A stretch of 64,000 nt of DNA from an uncultured Chloroflexia bacterium (GTDB taxonomy: Bacteria > Chloroflexota > Limnocylindria > Limnocylindrales > CSP1-4). The DNA lies in the NCBI GenBank assembly GCA_963720825.1, contig CAVRGY010000002.1:31672-95671 (forward strand), read 5' to 3'. The position numbers and the translations under genes were made by a program. The notes beneath the pieces are model-generated. The model had not been told where the DNA came from. It searched no databases and was given only the letters and a program-made list of their open reading frames with translations. This document shows, piece after piece, positions 1 through 10,184 of this stretch; the first letter of the stretch is position 1, and each line of letters opens with the position of its first letter.

Positions 1-116
1 TAATCCCCGGGGAGGCGGATCCCTCGCTGTTCCACCGCGTCCCCGCACCGCTCGCAGGCTGATCCGGGCACGCGGGCCCGACCGTCCGGGGCGTCGCGCC
101 ACCCTACAATCGATCC

Positions 117-1632
117 ATGTCCTCAGACGTCCGCGTCCGTATCGCCCCCAGCCCGACGGGCCCCCTCCACATCGGGACGGCGCGCACGGCGCTGTTCAAC
201 TACCTCTACGCGCGGCGCGTGGGCGGCACGTTCGTGCTCCGGCTCGAGGACACGGACGTGGCCCGCAGCACGGCGGCGTACGAGACGGACATCCTCGACG
301 GCCTCCACTGGCTGGGGATCAGCTGGGACGAGGGGCCCGGGCGTGGCCGGCCTGGAGGAGGCCGGACCGTACGCCCCGTACCGCCAGATGCAGCGGCTCG
401 ATATCTACGCCGCGGCCGCGGCGCGACTGCTGGCCGCGGACCAGGCGTACCCGTGCTTCTGCACGGCCGATGAGCTGGCCGCCGCCCGCCGGGCGCAGGA
501 GATCGCGAAGGAGCCGCCGCGCTACAACGGGCGGTGTGCGCGGCTGACCCCGGCCGAGCGCGCGGAACAGGTCGCCGAGGGACGCCGCTCCGCAACCCGG
601 TTCCGGGTCCGTCCCGGTGTCGTCGGCTGGAACGACCTGGTCCGGGACCGGATCGAGATCGACACCGACAACCTGGGCGGCGACTTCGTCATCGAGCGCG
701 CCGACGGGACCCCGCTGTACCACTTCACGGTCGTCGTGGACGACGCCGCGATGGAGATCAGCCACGTGATCCGTGGCGAGGACCACATCAGCAACACGCC
801 CAAGCACATCCTGCTGTTCGAGGCGCTGGGATACCCAGTGCCGGCGTTTGCCCACCTGCCGCTCATCCTCAACCCCGACGGGACCAAGATGAGCAAGCGC
901 AAGAGCCAGACCGCGGTCGCCGACTACATCGCCCAGGGCTTCATCCGCGAGGCGCTCGTCAACTACTTCGCGTTCCTCGGCTGGTCGCCCGGGACCGAGG
1001 AGGAGGTGTTCACGCTGGCGGAGCTCGAGCAGCGGTTCGAGCTGGACAAGGTCCAGAAGGGCGGCGCCCGGTTCGACCGTGACCGGCTCGAATGGCTCAA
1101 CGGCCAGTGGATCCGGCGGCTCGACGACGACGACCTGGTCGATCGGCTGCGACCGTTCATCGAGGCCGCGGCCGTCGCCGGCCAGATCGACCGAACGCCG
1201 GACGAGGGCGAGCTGCGGGCCTTGCTGCCGATCGTGCGCGAGCGGCTGCCCACGCTCGCGGCGATCGTCGACCTGGTGGGCTTCCTGTGGGTCGACGACA
1301 TCGACGTGGACCCGGCCCTCATCCAACCCAAGCGCTGGGATGCCGAGACCACGATCAGCGGCCTGGTCGCCGCGCGCGATGTGCTCGCCGCCCACGACGC
1401 GGTGACCTGGGAGGCCGACGAGCTCGAGCCGCCGCTCCGCGCCCTGGGTGAGGCACGCGGCTGGAAGGCCGGCGACCTGTTCATGGCGATCCGCGTGGCG
1501 ACGACCGGCCGCACGGCAACGCCGCCGCTGTTCGACACGCTCGTCGCGCTCGGCCGGGACCGGACGCTCGTGCGGCTCGACGCCGCGATCGCGCGGCTCG
1601 GCGCGGCTGGCCGACCGTCGGGCGAGGCGTGA
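117..1632 (+). CDS. gltX: Glutamyl-tRNA synthetase. An apparent +1 frame break near nt 336-345 splits it into ORFs 117..473 and 343..1632.
   Basis: N-terminus [22 protein letters not shown]...LRLEDTD...[10 protein letters not shown], then in the other frame [12 protein letters not shown] and a KMSKR motif. These are class I GluRS signatures. The two pieces are adjacent and collinear. Confidence 0.85.
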
Positions 1633-2369
1633 ACACGGCGTTAACCGAAGCCGGGCACGCTCCTGCGCACATGACCCGCACCATCCTCGTCGTCGATGAC
1701 GAGACCACGCTGCGCGAGACGCTGGTCGAGGCCCTCGAGATCGAGGGCTATCGGGCGATCCCTGCGGCCGACGGGCGCGAGGCGCTCGAGCGGTTCCGGT
1801 CGGATCGGCCCGACCTCGTCCTGCTCGACCTGATGCTGCCCCTGCTGTCCGGGGTCGAGGTGTGCCGCATCCTCCGCGCGGAGTCGTCGGTGCCGATCAT
1901 CATGCTCACCGCCAAGGACGCCGAGGTCGACAAGGTCGTCGGCCTCGAGCTGGGTGCGGACGACTACGTGACCAAGCCGTTCAGCCTGCGCGAGCTCACC
2001 GCGCGGATCCGGGCGATCTTCCGCCGGGCGGACCAGGCAGCCGCGGCCGCCGCAACCGATGCGCCGGCGCTCATCGACCTGGGGCGCGTCCAGCTCGACC
2101 TTGCCGGCCACCGCCTCGTCCGCGACGGCGAGCGCGTCGCGGTCAAGCCAAAGGCGTTCGAGCTGCTCGCGTTCCTGGTCCGCAACCCGGGCCAGGTGTT
2201 CACCCGGGACCAGCTGCTGGAGCGTGTCTGGGGCTACGACTACGCGGGCGAGACCCGGACCGTGGACGTGCACATCCACTGGCTGCGCAGCGAGATCGAG
2301 CTCGATCCGGGGGCGCCGCGGTTGCTGCACACGGTGCGTGGCGTGGGCTACGCGTTCCGGCGCGATTGA
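1629..2369 (+). CDS. OmpR-family response regulator, RegX3/PhoP-like (receiver domain plus winged helix). GTG start overlaps the gltX stop.
   Basis: TILVVDDETTLRE...DLVLLDLMLP...VPIIMLTAKDAEVDKVVGLELGADDYVTKPFSLRELTARIRAIFRR, then a winged-helix C-terminus (VFTRDQLLERVWGYDY). Very similar to phosphate-responsive RegX3-type regulators. Confidence 0.85.
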   Translation: MNTALTEAGHAPAHMTRTILVVDDETTLRETLVEALEIEGYRAIPAADGREALERFRSDRPDLVLLDLMLPLLSGVEVCRILRAESSVPIIMLTAKDAEVDKVVGLELGADDYVTKPFSLRELTARIRAIFRRADQAAAAAATDAPALIDLGRVQLDLAGHRLVRDGERVAVKPKAFELLAFLVRNPGQVFTRDQLLERVWGYDYAGETRTVDVHIHWLRSEIELDPGAPRLLHTVRGVGYAFRRD

Positions 2370-2392
2370 CGCGGCTGCGATCATCGGTGGCC

Positions 2393-3055
2393 ATGGGAAC
2401 CAGATCGATCGGCCTGCCGGCGAATGTCGACGCGTACGTCCGGCGCTGGGGCGTCCGCGAACCGGAGATCCTCGGACGCCTTCGGGAGGAGACCGCATCG
2501 CACCCGCGCGCCGGGATGCAGATCTCGCCCGACCAGGGTGCGCTCCTGGGGCTCCTGGTCTAGCTGCTCGACGCGCGCCGGTGCCTCGAGATCGGGACGT
2601 TCACCGGGTACTCGTCGCTCGCGGTGGCGCTGGCCATGCCGGACGACGGCACGATGGTGTGCTGCGACGTCTCGGATGAGTACACCTCGATCGCCCGCCG
2701 CTACTGGGCGGACGCCGGCGTCGCGCACAAGGTTGACCTCCGGCTGGGACCGGCGGTGGACACCCTGGACCGGCTGCTCGCCGATGGCGAGGCTGGGACC
2801 TTCGACCTCGCGTTCATCGATGCCGACAAGCCCGGCTATGCCGCCTACTGGGAGCGCTGTGTCGCCCTCGTCCGGCCGGGCGGCGTGATCGCGATCGACA
2901 ACGTCCTGTGGGGCGGCGCGGTCGCCGACCCGTCGGTCGATGATGCCGCCACGCGAGCGATCCGTGAGGTCAACGAGCTCGTCGCCTCGGACACCCGGGT
3001 GCGGCACGTGATGCTCGCCATCGCGGACGGCATGACGATCGCCCGCAGGCAGTAG
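2393..3055 (+). CDS. Class I SAM-dependent O-methyltransferase (family 3, caffeoyl-CoA OMT-like), interrupted by an in-frame TAG at 2561-2563.
   Basis: The N-terminal part (…MQISPDQGALLGLLV) and the C-terminal part (LLDARRCLEIGTFTGYSSLAVALAMPDDG…FIDADK…) are in the same frame, separated only by a TAG codon. The motifs match the SAM-binding fold of OMT family 3. Confidence 0.7.
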
Positions 3056-3118
3056 GGCACCCGACCCAGGGCCGGCAATTGCCCGACGTGGGAAACTGCA
3101 GGTCCGCGGAGGCCGGAT

Positions 3119-5234
3119 TTGCAGATCGATCGCAAGGCGCCGGAACAGCCGCTCGACGCGCCCGCAGCGGACGCGCTCGAGAAGTTCGACGCGCCCGCCG
3201 GCTCAACGTCCAGCCGGCCCGACCCCCGCCGAGGACCCGCCCGCGGAGCACGACGCGTTCGCCGGATCCGCGTTCCCGCCGATCGGTGACTACGCCTTCC
3301 TGTCCGACGGCGAGGTCACGGCGCTGGTTGCTCCCAGCGGCACCGTCGAGTGGATGTGCCTGCCGCGGTTCGACTCCCCGAGCGTGTTCGGCGCGATCCT
3401 GGATCGGGACGCCGGCGGATTCCGCCTGGGGCCCGCGGACGTCATGGTCCCCGTCGCGCGGCGCTACCTGCCGGGCACGATGGTGCTCGAGACGAGCTGG
3501 GGGACGCCGGGCGGCGGCTGGGTGATCATCCGCGACGTGCTGCTCATGGGACCGTGGCACAACACCCAAGAGCGGTCGCATACCCAGCGCCGGGCACCGA
3601 CCGACTATGACGCCGAGCACGTGCTGCTGCGGACCGTCCGCTGCGTCAACGGCGAGGTGCAGCTGACCCTCGACTGCGAGCCGGTGTTCGACTACGGGCG
3701 AGCCCTGGGCGTCTGGAGCTTCACCGGCGCCGACTACAGCCAGGGCATCTGTCGCGGGCCGGACGACGTGTCGGTCACGCTCACGAGCGACATGCGCATG
3801 GGCTTCGAGGGACCCCGGGCGATCGCACGGACGCTGATCAAGGAGGGCGAGACGCGCTTCGCGGCGCTGTCGTGGGGCGCCGGCCGGCCGCCGCGCACGG
3901 TCGAGGAGGGGATCGGGCGGCTGACCTGGACCGCGCACCACTGGCAGCACTGGCTGGCCCGTGGCCGGTTCCCGGACCATCCCTGGCGGTCGCACCTCCA
4001 GCGCTCGGCGCTGACGCTCAAGGGCCTGGCCTACGCGCCGACGGGCGCGATCGCGGCGGCTGCGACGACATCGCTGCCCGAGGCGCCCGGCGGCGCGCGC
4101 AACTGGGACTATCGCTACAGCTGGGTCCGCGACTCGACCTTCGCCCTGTGGGGCCTGTACACGCTCGGCTTCGACTGGGAGGCGAACGACTTCTTCTACT
4201 TCCTCGCCGACATGGCCGGGGCGGACGGCAGCATCCAGGTCATGTACGGCGTAGGGGGCGAGCGGACGCTCACCGAGCAGACGCTCGACCACCTGTCCGG
4301 CTACGAGGGCTCACGCCCGGTCCGCATCGGCAATGCGGCGTACAGCCAGCAGCAGCACGACGTGTGGGGCGCGATCCTCGACTCGTTCTATCTCCACACC
4401 ACGTCGCGCGACCGGCTCGACGATCGCATGTGGCCCATCCTCAGCGGGCTCGTCGAGGCGGCCATCAGGCACTGGCGAGAGCCGGATCGCGGGATCTGGG
4501 AGGTGCGCGGTGAGCCGAAGCACTTCACCTCGTCCAAGGTGATGTGCTGGGTTGCGGCGGATCGCGGTGTCCGGCTCGCACACCTGCGCGGCGAGGCGGA
4601 GATCGCGAAGCGCTGGCAGGCGGCTGCAGACGAGATCCGGGCGGACGTCCTGGCCAATGCCGTCGATGCGCGCGGCGTGTTCACCCAGCACTACGACACG
4701 ACGGCGCTCGACGCGTCGCTGCTGCTGCTGCCCCTGGTCCGGTTCCTGCCCGCAGACGACGAACGGATCCGGCGAACGGTGCTCGCCATCGCGGACGAGC
4801 TGACCGAGGACGGGCTGGTCCTGCGCTACCGCACCGAGCACACCGACGACGGACTGTCCGGCGACGAGGGGAGCTTCACGATCTGCTCGTTCTGGCTGGT
4901 GTCCGCGCTGGTCCAGATCGGGGAGATCGCCCGCGGCCGGCGCCTGTGCGAGCGGCTGCTGTCGCTGGCGAGCTCGCTCGACCTGTACGGCGAGGAGATC
5001 GACGCGGAGACCGGCCGACAGCTGGGCAACTTTCCGCAGGCGTTCACCCATCTCGCGCTGATCAACGCGGTGATGCACGTGATCGACGCCGAGGGCCGGC
5101 ACCCGCACGCGGGCATGCGCTCGTCGGCGTCCCGGGACGTCCGGATGGAGCGCGCCAAGTCGGCATCGATGGGCCCCCGGTCCGAGGACGAGGACGAGGT
5201 CGTGGACGAGGACGACGCGTCCTCGGACGACTGA
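3119..5234 (+). CDS. GH15 glycoside hydrolase (glucoamylase/trehalase-like). Inferred TTG start with a GGAGG RBS; frame break at the C5 run 3223-3227.
   Basis: Conserved GH15 N-terminus FPPIGDYAFLSDGEVTALVAPSGTVEWMCLPRFDSPSVF continues upstream of the listed ATG with no in-frame start. The adjacent frame offers TTG at 3119, six nt after GGAGG. It joins the main frame if one C of 'gaccccc' is removed. The core carries WDYRYSWVRD and the (alpha/alpha)6 toroid region. The C-terminal tail is acidic. Confidence 0.75.
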
Positions 5235-5276
5235 CCCGGCGGTCGTACCCCGCGCGTCCGCCCCGCCCCGTGAGGC

Positions 5277-5888
5277 TCAGCTCTTGGCGAGGATCCGCTC
5301 GATGACCTCGGCCGCGTCCTCGGCCGCGTCGATCGTCTCCTCGAGCGTCCGGTACAGGTCGCGGAGCTTGATCACCTCGAGCGGGTCAAGCTTGCCGTGG
5401 AACAGCCGACCGATGGCCGACCTCGACAGCCCGTCCGCCTGGTGCTCGAGGTCGTGGACGATGGCCAGGTGGCGGCCGATGTCCTTGCCACGTTCGAGCT
5501 TGCGCAGCGCCTCGACCAGCTGGACCGCCTGGGCGGTGAGGATGCCGACCAGCTGCCTGGCTGCATCGTCGGGCTCCGTGATGCGGTAGATCGTGAACGT
5601 CTCCGCGGCCGCCTGGATGCCGTCGACGACATCGTCGAGCAGGACACCGAGCTCGTGGATGTCCTCGCGATCGAAGGGGGTGATGAAGCTCCGTTCGAGA
5701 CGGCCCGCGAGCTCGTCGTCGATCTCGTCGCCGCGCTTCTCCAGCGCCTGGATCTCGGCGATGCGCTCGTCAAGACGGTCGTACGTCGCGACCATCTCCT
5801 CGAGCTTGCGGGCGGCCTCGAGCAGGTTCTCGCCGTCCCTGATGAACAGCTCGAAGAACTTCTCGTCGCGTGGGATCAGGCGGACCAT
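5277..5888 (-). CDS. DUF47 / PhoU-like phosphate transport regulator (YkaA/PitR-like).
   Basis: 203-aa helical protein whose overall pattern resembles DUF47. It lies immediately downstream of the Pit transporter on the same strand. Confidence 0.7.
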   Translation of the reverse strand: MVRLIPRDEKFFELFIRDGENLLEAARKLEEMVATYDRLDERIAEIQALEKRGDEIDDELAGRLERSFITPFDREDIHELGVLLDDVVDGIQAAAETFTIYRITEPDDAARQLVGILTAQAVQLVEALRKLERGKDIGRHLAIVHDLEHQADGLSRSAIGRLFHGKLDPLEVIKLRDLYRTLEETIDAAEDAAEVIERILAKS

Positions 5889-5949
5889 CGCGGGCCTCCG
5901 GTGGCGTGCTGGGGTGGGGTGAGGATCGAGCGGGTCGAGCGGATGGTGA

Positions 5950-6933
5950 TCATCGGAGCCCGATCGCGTTGAGCACGACCCAGGTCAGGCCGCCGACGAG
6001 CGCTGCGGCGGGGATCGTGAGCACCCAGGCGACCAGGATCCGGCGTGCGACGCCCCAGCGAACGGCGCGCACGCCCCGGCTGGCACCGACGCCCATGATC
6101 GCGCTCGAGATCACGTGCGTGGTGGACACGGGCATGCCCAGGTGGGCCGTGACCAGCAGGACGGTCGCCGCGGTCGTCTCGGCGGCGAAGCCGTGGATCG
6201 GCTCGAGCTGGACCACGCGCTGGCCCATCGTGTGCATGATCCGCCAGCCGCCAATGGCCGTGCCCAGCGAGATCGCCGACGCCGCGATCACGATCACCCA
6301 GGCGGGCACGTCGTTGGTCGGGATGACCCCCGCCGAAAACAGGGCGAGCGTGATGATGCCCATCGTCTTCTGCGCATCGTTGGAGCCGTGCGCGAACGCC
6401 ATGTAGCCGGCGGAGAACACCTGTAATCGTCGGAACGCGGTACCCAGCGGCTTGCGCGCCGCTCCCCGGAAGATCCACGTGAGCGCGACCATCAGGACCA
6501 GCGCCAGGACGAAGCCCGCGATCGGGGACGTGATCAGCGGGACCACCACCTTGCTGAAGATCCCGTCGAGCTTGAACGAGCCGGTGCCCACCGCCGTGGC
6601 CGTCGCCCCCAGCAGGCCGCCGATGAGGGCGTGGCTGCTCGAGCTCGGCAGGCCCAGCAGCCACGTGATGAGGTTCCAGGCGATCGCGCCGATGAGCGCA
6701 GCGGCGACCACGACCTGGGTCGTCGTCTGCTCGTCCACCAGCCCGGCACCGATCGTCTTGGCCACCGCGGTGCCCGCAAACGCACCGATGAAGTTGAACG
6801 CGGTCGCCATCAACAGGGCGTACTGGGGACGCAATGCGCGAGTCGCCACCGACGTCGCGATGGCGTTTGCCGTGTCGTGGAAGCCGTTGATGTAGTCGAA
6901 CACCACCGCCAGGGCGAGCACGGCGAGCAGCAT
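5950..6933 (-). CDS. Inorganic phosphate transporter, PiT family.
   Basis: LLAVLALAVVFDYINGFHDTANAIATSV…GSNDAQKTMGII… Both GxNDxxN halves of PHO4/PiT permeases are present. The start is placed at the MLLAV methionine. Confidence 0.85.
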   Translation of the reverse strand: MLLAVLALAVVFDYINGFHDTANAIATSVATRALRPQYALLMATAFNFIGAFAGTAVAKTIGAGLVDEQTTTQVVVAAALIGAIAWNLITWLLGLPSSSSHALIGGLLGATATAVGTGSFKLDGIFSKVVVPLITSPIAGFVLALVLMVALTWIFRGAARKPLGTAFRRLQVFSAGYMAFAHGSNDAQKTMGIITLALFSAGVIPTNDVPAWVIVIAASAISLGTAIGGWRIMHTMGQRVVQLEPIHGFAAETTAATVLLVTAHLGMPVSTTHVISSAIMGVGASRGVRAVRWGVARRILVAWVLTIPAAALVGGLTWVVLNAIGLR

Positions 6934-7198
6934 CAGGTTCAGGGATTCGATCGAACGATCCTCGGGCGCTTGGGCCGCGCGGTGGGTGGGTACCGCGACC
7001 CAAGGATATCGCTGGACGCCGCCATCGTTGACCCGCCGACGTACCCGCGTTGGCCATGACGGGTCATGGCGTGAGCGTGCCGAACGCACTCGGCGGGGCT
7101 CGGAAACCCACGGTTCTCCGGCCGAGCGCAGCTGACCTCAGCCGCGTCTCGACGGCCGCAGCGACGCGGGACGCCCGGTCGCCGGTATCCTTCGCGCC

Positions 7199-8918
7199 AT
7201 GCGCCTGAGCCACCTGTTCTTCACCACGCTTCGCGACGATCCGGCCGACGTCGAGATGCCGTCGCACCGGCTGCTGCTCCGGGCGGGCTACATCCGGCCG
7301 CTGGGCTCCGGTATCTACTCGCTGCTGCCGCTGGGCAAGCGCGTCAACGACCGCGTGGAGCAGGTGATTCGCGAGGAGCAGGACCGGATCGGCGGCCAGG
7401 AGATGGAGATGCCGGTCGTCCACCCCGCCGACATCTGGCGGGCGAGCGGCCGCTACGACGCGATCGGGCCCGAGCTGACGCGCTTCAAGGACCGCAACGG
7501 GCGGGACATGGTGCTCGCGATGACCCACGAGGAGGTCGTCGGCATCCTGCTGTCCGAGATCGTGCGGTCGTACCGCCAGCTGCCGATGATGGTCTACCAC
7601 TTCCAGACCAAGTGGCGGGACGAGCCAAGGGCTCGCGCCGGGCTGATCCGGGTGCGCGAGTTCGTGATGAAGGACGCCTACAGCTGCGATCGGGACGCGG
7701 CCGGGCTCGAGGTGAGCTACCAGGCGCAGTACGAGGCCTATACGCGAACCTTCGAACGGCTGGGGCTCGAGACGGTCGCAGTCGCGAGCGACGTCGGGAT
7801 CATGGGTGGCAGCCAGGCGCACGAGTTCATGGTCCTCAACCCGGCCGGCGAGGACGTCCTCGTGCTGTGCGAGGCATGCGGGTACGCGGCGAACCGCCAG
7901 GTCGCCCGGATCACCCGCCCGGCGGGCGGCGACGAGGCGCCCCTCGCCCTCGAGGAGGTCGCGACGCCCGGGACCACGACCATCGCCAGCCTCGCCGCGT
8001 TCCTGGACATCCCCGAAACCCGCACCGCGAAGGCCGCGTTCTTCATGACCGGCGATGGACGCCTGGTGACCGCGATCGTGCGCGGCGACCTCGAGGTCAA
8101 CGAGACCAAGCTGGCCAACGCGGTGGGCGCCAGCACCGGGCTCCGGCCGGCGACCGCCGAGGAGATCCAGGCCGCCGGGATGGAGCCGGGATACGGGTCG
8201 CCGATCGGGGCGCACGGCACGGTCGTCGTGGTCGACGAGCTCGTCGCCCGCTCGCCGAACCTCGTCGCGGGCGCCAACCGCGTCGGGTTCCACTACCGCA
8301 ACGTCAACGTCGGGCGCGACTTCACGCCCGACACGACCGCGGACATCACGAACGCCCGCGAGGGCGACCCGTGCCCCACCTGCGGCGAAGCCCGTGATCC
8401 TGCGCAACGGGATCGAGGTCGGCAACATCTTCAAGCTCGGCACCAAGTTCACCGACGCCGCCGGCTCGACCTACCTCGGCGAGGATGGCCAGGCCCATCC
8501 CATCGTCATGGGCTCATACGGGATCGGTGTCGGGCGAAACGTCGCCTGCATCGTCGAGGCCCACCACGATGAGAAGGGGATCGCCTGGCCGGCCGAGGTG
8601 GCGCCGTATCCCGCGCACCTGGTCGCCCTGGGCGCGAACCGGGAGCCGAAGGTGACGGAGGTCGCGGAGGCGCTGCACGCGGCGGCCGCGGCCGCAGGCC
8701 CGAAACACGAGATCCTGTACGACGACCGCGACGAGTCGCCGGGTGTCAAGCTGACCGACGCGGAGCTGCTGGGGATGCCCTGGATCCTGACCGTGAGCCC
8801 GCGGTCGCTTGCGGCGGGCGGGATCGAGGTCACCAACCGGGCGACCGGCGAGCGATCGGTCCGCAGCGTGGACGACGTCACCGCGTTCCTCACCGGGCAG
8901 GCGGCGACCCCGGCCTGA
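7199..8918 (+). CDS. proS: Prolyl-tRNA synthetase. One-base frame break near 8388-8393 (ccc run) splits it into ORFs 7199..8572 and 8394..8918.
   Basis: Class II aaRS motifs (…RPLGSGIYSLLPLG…, MVLAMTHEEV…, FQTKWRDEPRARAGLIRVREF). The C-terminal piece ILRNGIEVGNIFKLGTKF…SYGIGVGR continues directly after DPCPTCGEA in the other frame. Confidence 0.85.
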
Positions 8919-8945
8919 GGCCGGCGCCCGGGACGATCCGGCCCG

Positions 8946-10055
8946 ATGCCGCGCCCCCTGGTACCCGACGAGGACCTGTACGCCCGGCTCGAGGTGGACG
9001 TCGACGCCTCGCCCGAGGCGATCGAGCTTGCCTGGCGCGCGCTGCTCAAACGGCATCACCCGGACATCGCGGGCGAGGATGCGGCATCGCTGGAGCGGGC
9101 GAAGCGGATCAACGTCGCCCACGACTGGCTGAGCGACCCGGGTCTCCGGGGGCGCTACGACCGTGAGCATCTCGGGCTCACCGGCGGCCGGACCGGTGTC
9201 CGGCACGGGCGGTCACCGCGCCGGGCCGCGTGGCCGGCCGCGTCGTCGCCTCCGTCCGCCCGAGCGCCGGCGTCCCGTCGGGCACCGGCGGCTCGTCCCA
9301 GCCTGTTCCGCGGCGACCCCACGACCGTGCTTGCCCGGTTCCTCGCGCGGGTCGAGCGCCTGACCGGCGATGAATTGGACCGGCTTGCCGAGTCGGACCC
9401 GCCGCCGATCGCGTTCCTGGCCACGATCCGCCGCTTCCTCGCGCCCGATGCCCGGACCGCCTTCGCGGATGCGGAGGCCGTGCTCGTCACGCGGGTGCCG
9501 CACGAGCGCTGGGCCGAGGTGGGCGTGCGCGAGGGCCTGCTGGGGGTCGCCGCGGAGGTGGTGCTGGCGGAGTTCCTCGACGACCTGCTGGCGGAGCCCT
9601 TCCGCGGACGCGCCCGCGAGCGCCTGCTGCGAGCGTGGGAGGCCTCCATCGACCAGCCCCGATACGGCCCCAACGGAGCCGACGTGATTGCGCTCCGCGC
9701 GAGGGCCGGGATGATCACCGCCGCCGAGGTCGCCTCGCTGATCCGCCGATCGCAGGGGATCGCCGGCGACGACCGCCCGTGGCCGGCTGCGCTCAGCCGC
9801 GATGAGGACGAGGCGCTCAGGATCTCGGCGCTGCTCGCTGCGCGGGACGTGGCGGCCGCGATGCCCGCCGCGGGACTTTCTCCGGCCACGGCGACCCGCG
9901 GCCGGCGGCTCCTCGCACGCCTGGGCCATGTGGTCGCGCTCCGACACGCGTTCCCGCGCGCGGCCTACGCGACGCTGCTCGCGCCGTTCGCCGAGGCGAC
10001 GGGCGCGGAGACGACGCGCCCGGTGCCGCCCCCCGGGGTGTCGCGGACGCGCTGA
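8946..10055 (+). CDS. J-domain (DnaJ-like) protein with a long, uncharacterised C-terminal region.
   Basis: N-terminal J domain with an HPD motif (DLYARLEVDVDASPEAIELAWRALLKRHHPDIAG…RAKRINVAHDWLSD). Confidence 0.6.
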   Translation: MPRPLVPDEDLYARLEVDVDASPEAIELAWRALLKRHHPDIAGEDAASLERAKRINVAHDWLSDPGLRGRYDREHLGLTGGRTGVRHGRSPRRAAWPAASSPPSARAPASRRAPAARPSLFRGDPTTVLARFLARVERLTGDELDRLAESDPPPIAFLATIRRFLAPDARTAFADAEAVLVTRVPHERWAEVGVREGLLGVAAEVVLAEFLDDLLAEPFRGRARERLLRAWEASIDQPRYGPNGADVIALRARAGMITAAEVASLIRRSQGIAGDDRPWPAALSRDEDEALRISALLAARDVAAAMPAAGLSPATATRGRRLLARLGHVVALRHAFPRAAYATLLAPFAEATGAETTRPVPPPGVSRTR

Positions 10056-10114
10056 AGCGCCCGCCCGGCGACGGCCGCCCTGCCATGGCTGCGCCGATGG
10101 CACGCGCTGAGCTC

Positions 10115-10159
10115 ACGCGCCGAACGCAGGCGCTGAACGCACGCGCCGAACGCAGGCGC
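10115..10159. repeat. Two copies of a 19-bp perfect direct repeat (acgcgccgaacgcaggcgc), in a 26-bp period, in the intergenic region upstream of the histidine kinase.
   Basis: Read directly: 10115-10133 and 10141-10159 are identical. Confidence 0.6.
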
Positions 10160-10184
10160 AGGTGTCACGCGCCCGGCCACCCCC

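Noticed and set aside
319-1395. Long ORFs antisense to, or in alternative frames of, annotated genes. Examples: 319..1395(-), 2970..4292(-), 7064..8452(-), 9965..11254(-), 12211..13953(-), 16011..18210(+), 19541..21181(-), 22095..23678(+), 24206..25807(+), 36262..39165(+), 39645..42731(-), 44144..45312(+), 46220..48987(+), 62226..63797(+).
   Set aside because: Arg/Gly/Pro/Ala-rich, low-complexity translations with no recognisable domains. They overlap strongly supported genes in the frame expected from GC-rich codon bias. These are shadow ORFs.
336-8400. Programmed ribosomal frameshifting or stop-codon reassignment as an explanation for the frame breaks in gltX, proS and others.
   Set aside because: There are no slippery heptamers or stimulatory structures at the breaks. 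Several sit at simple homopolymers. TAG/TGA/TAA all terminate the conserved genes normally. Assembly indels are the simpler explanation.
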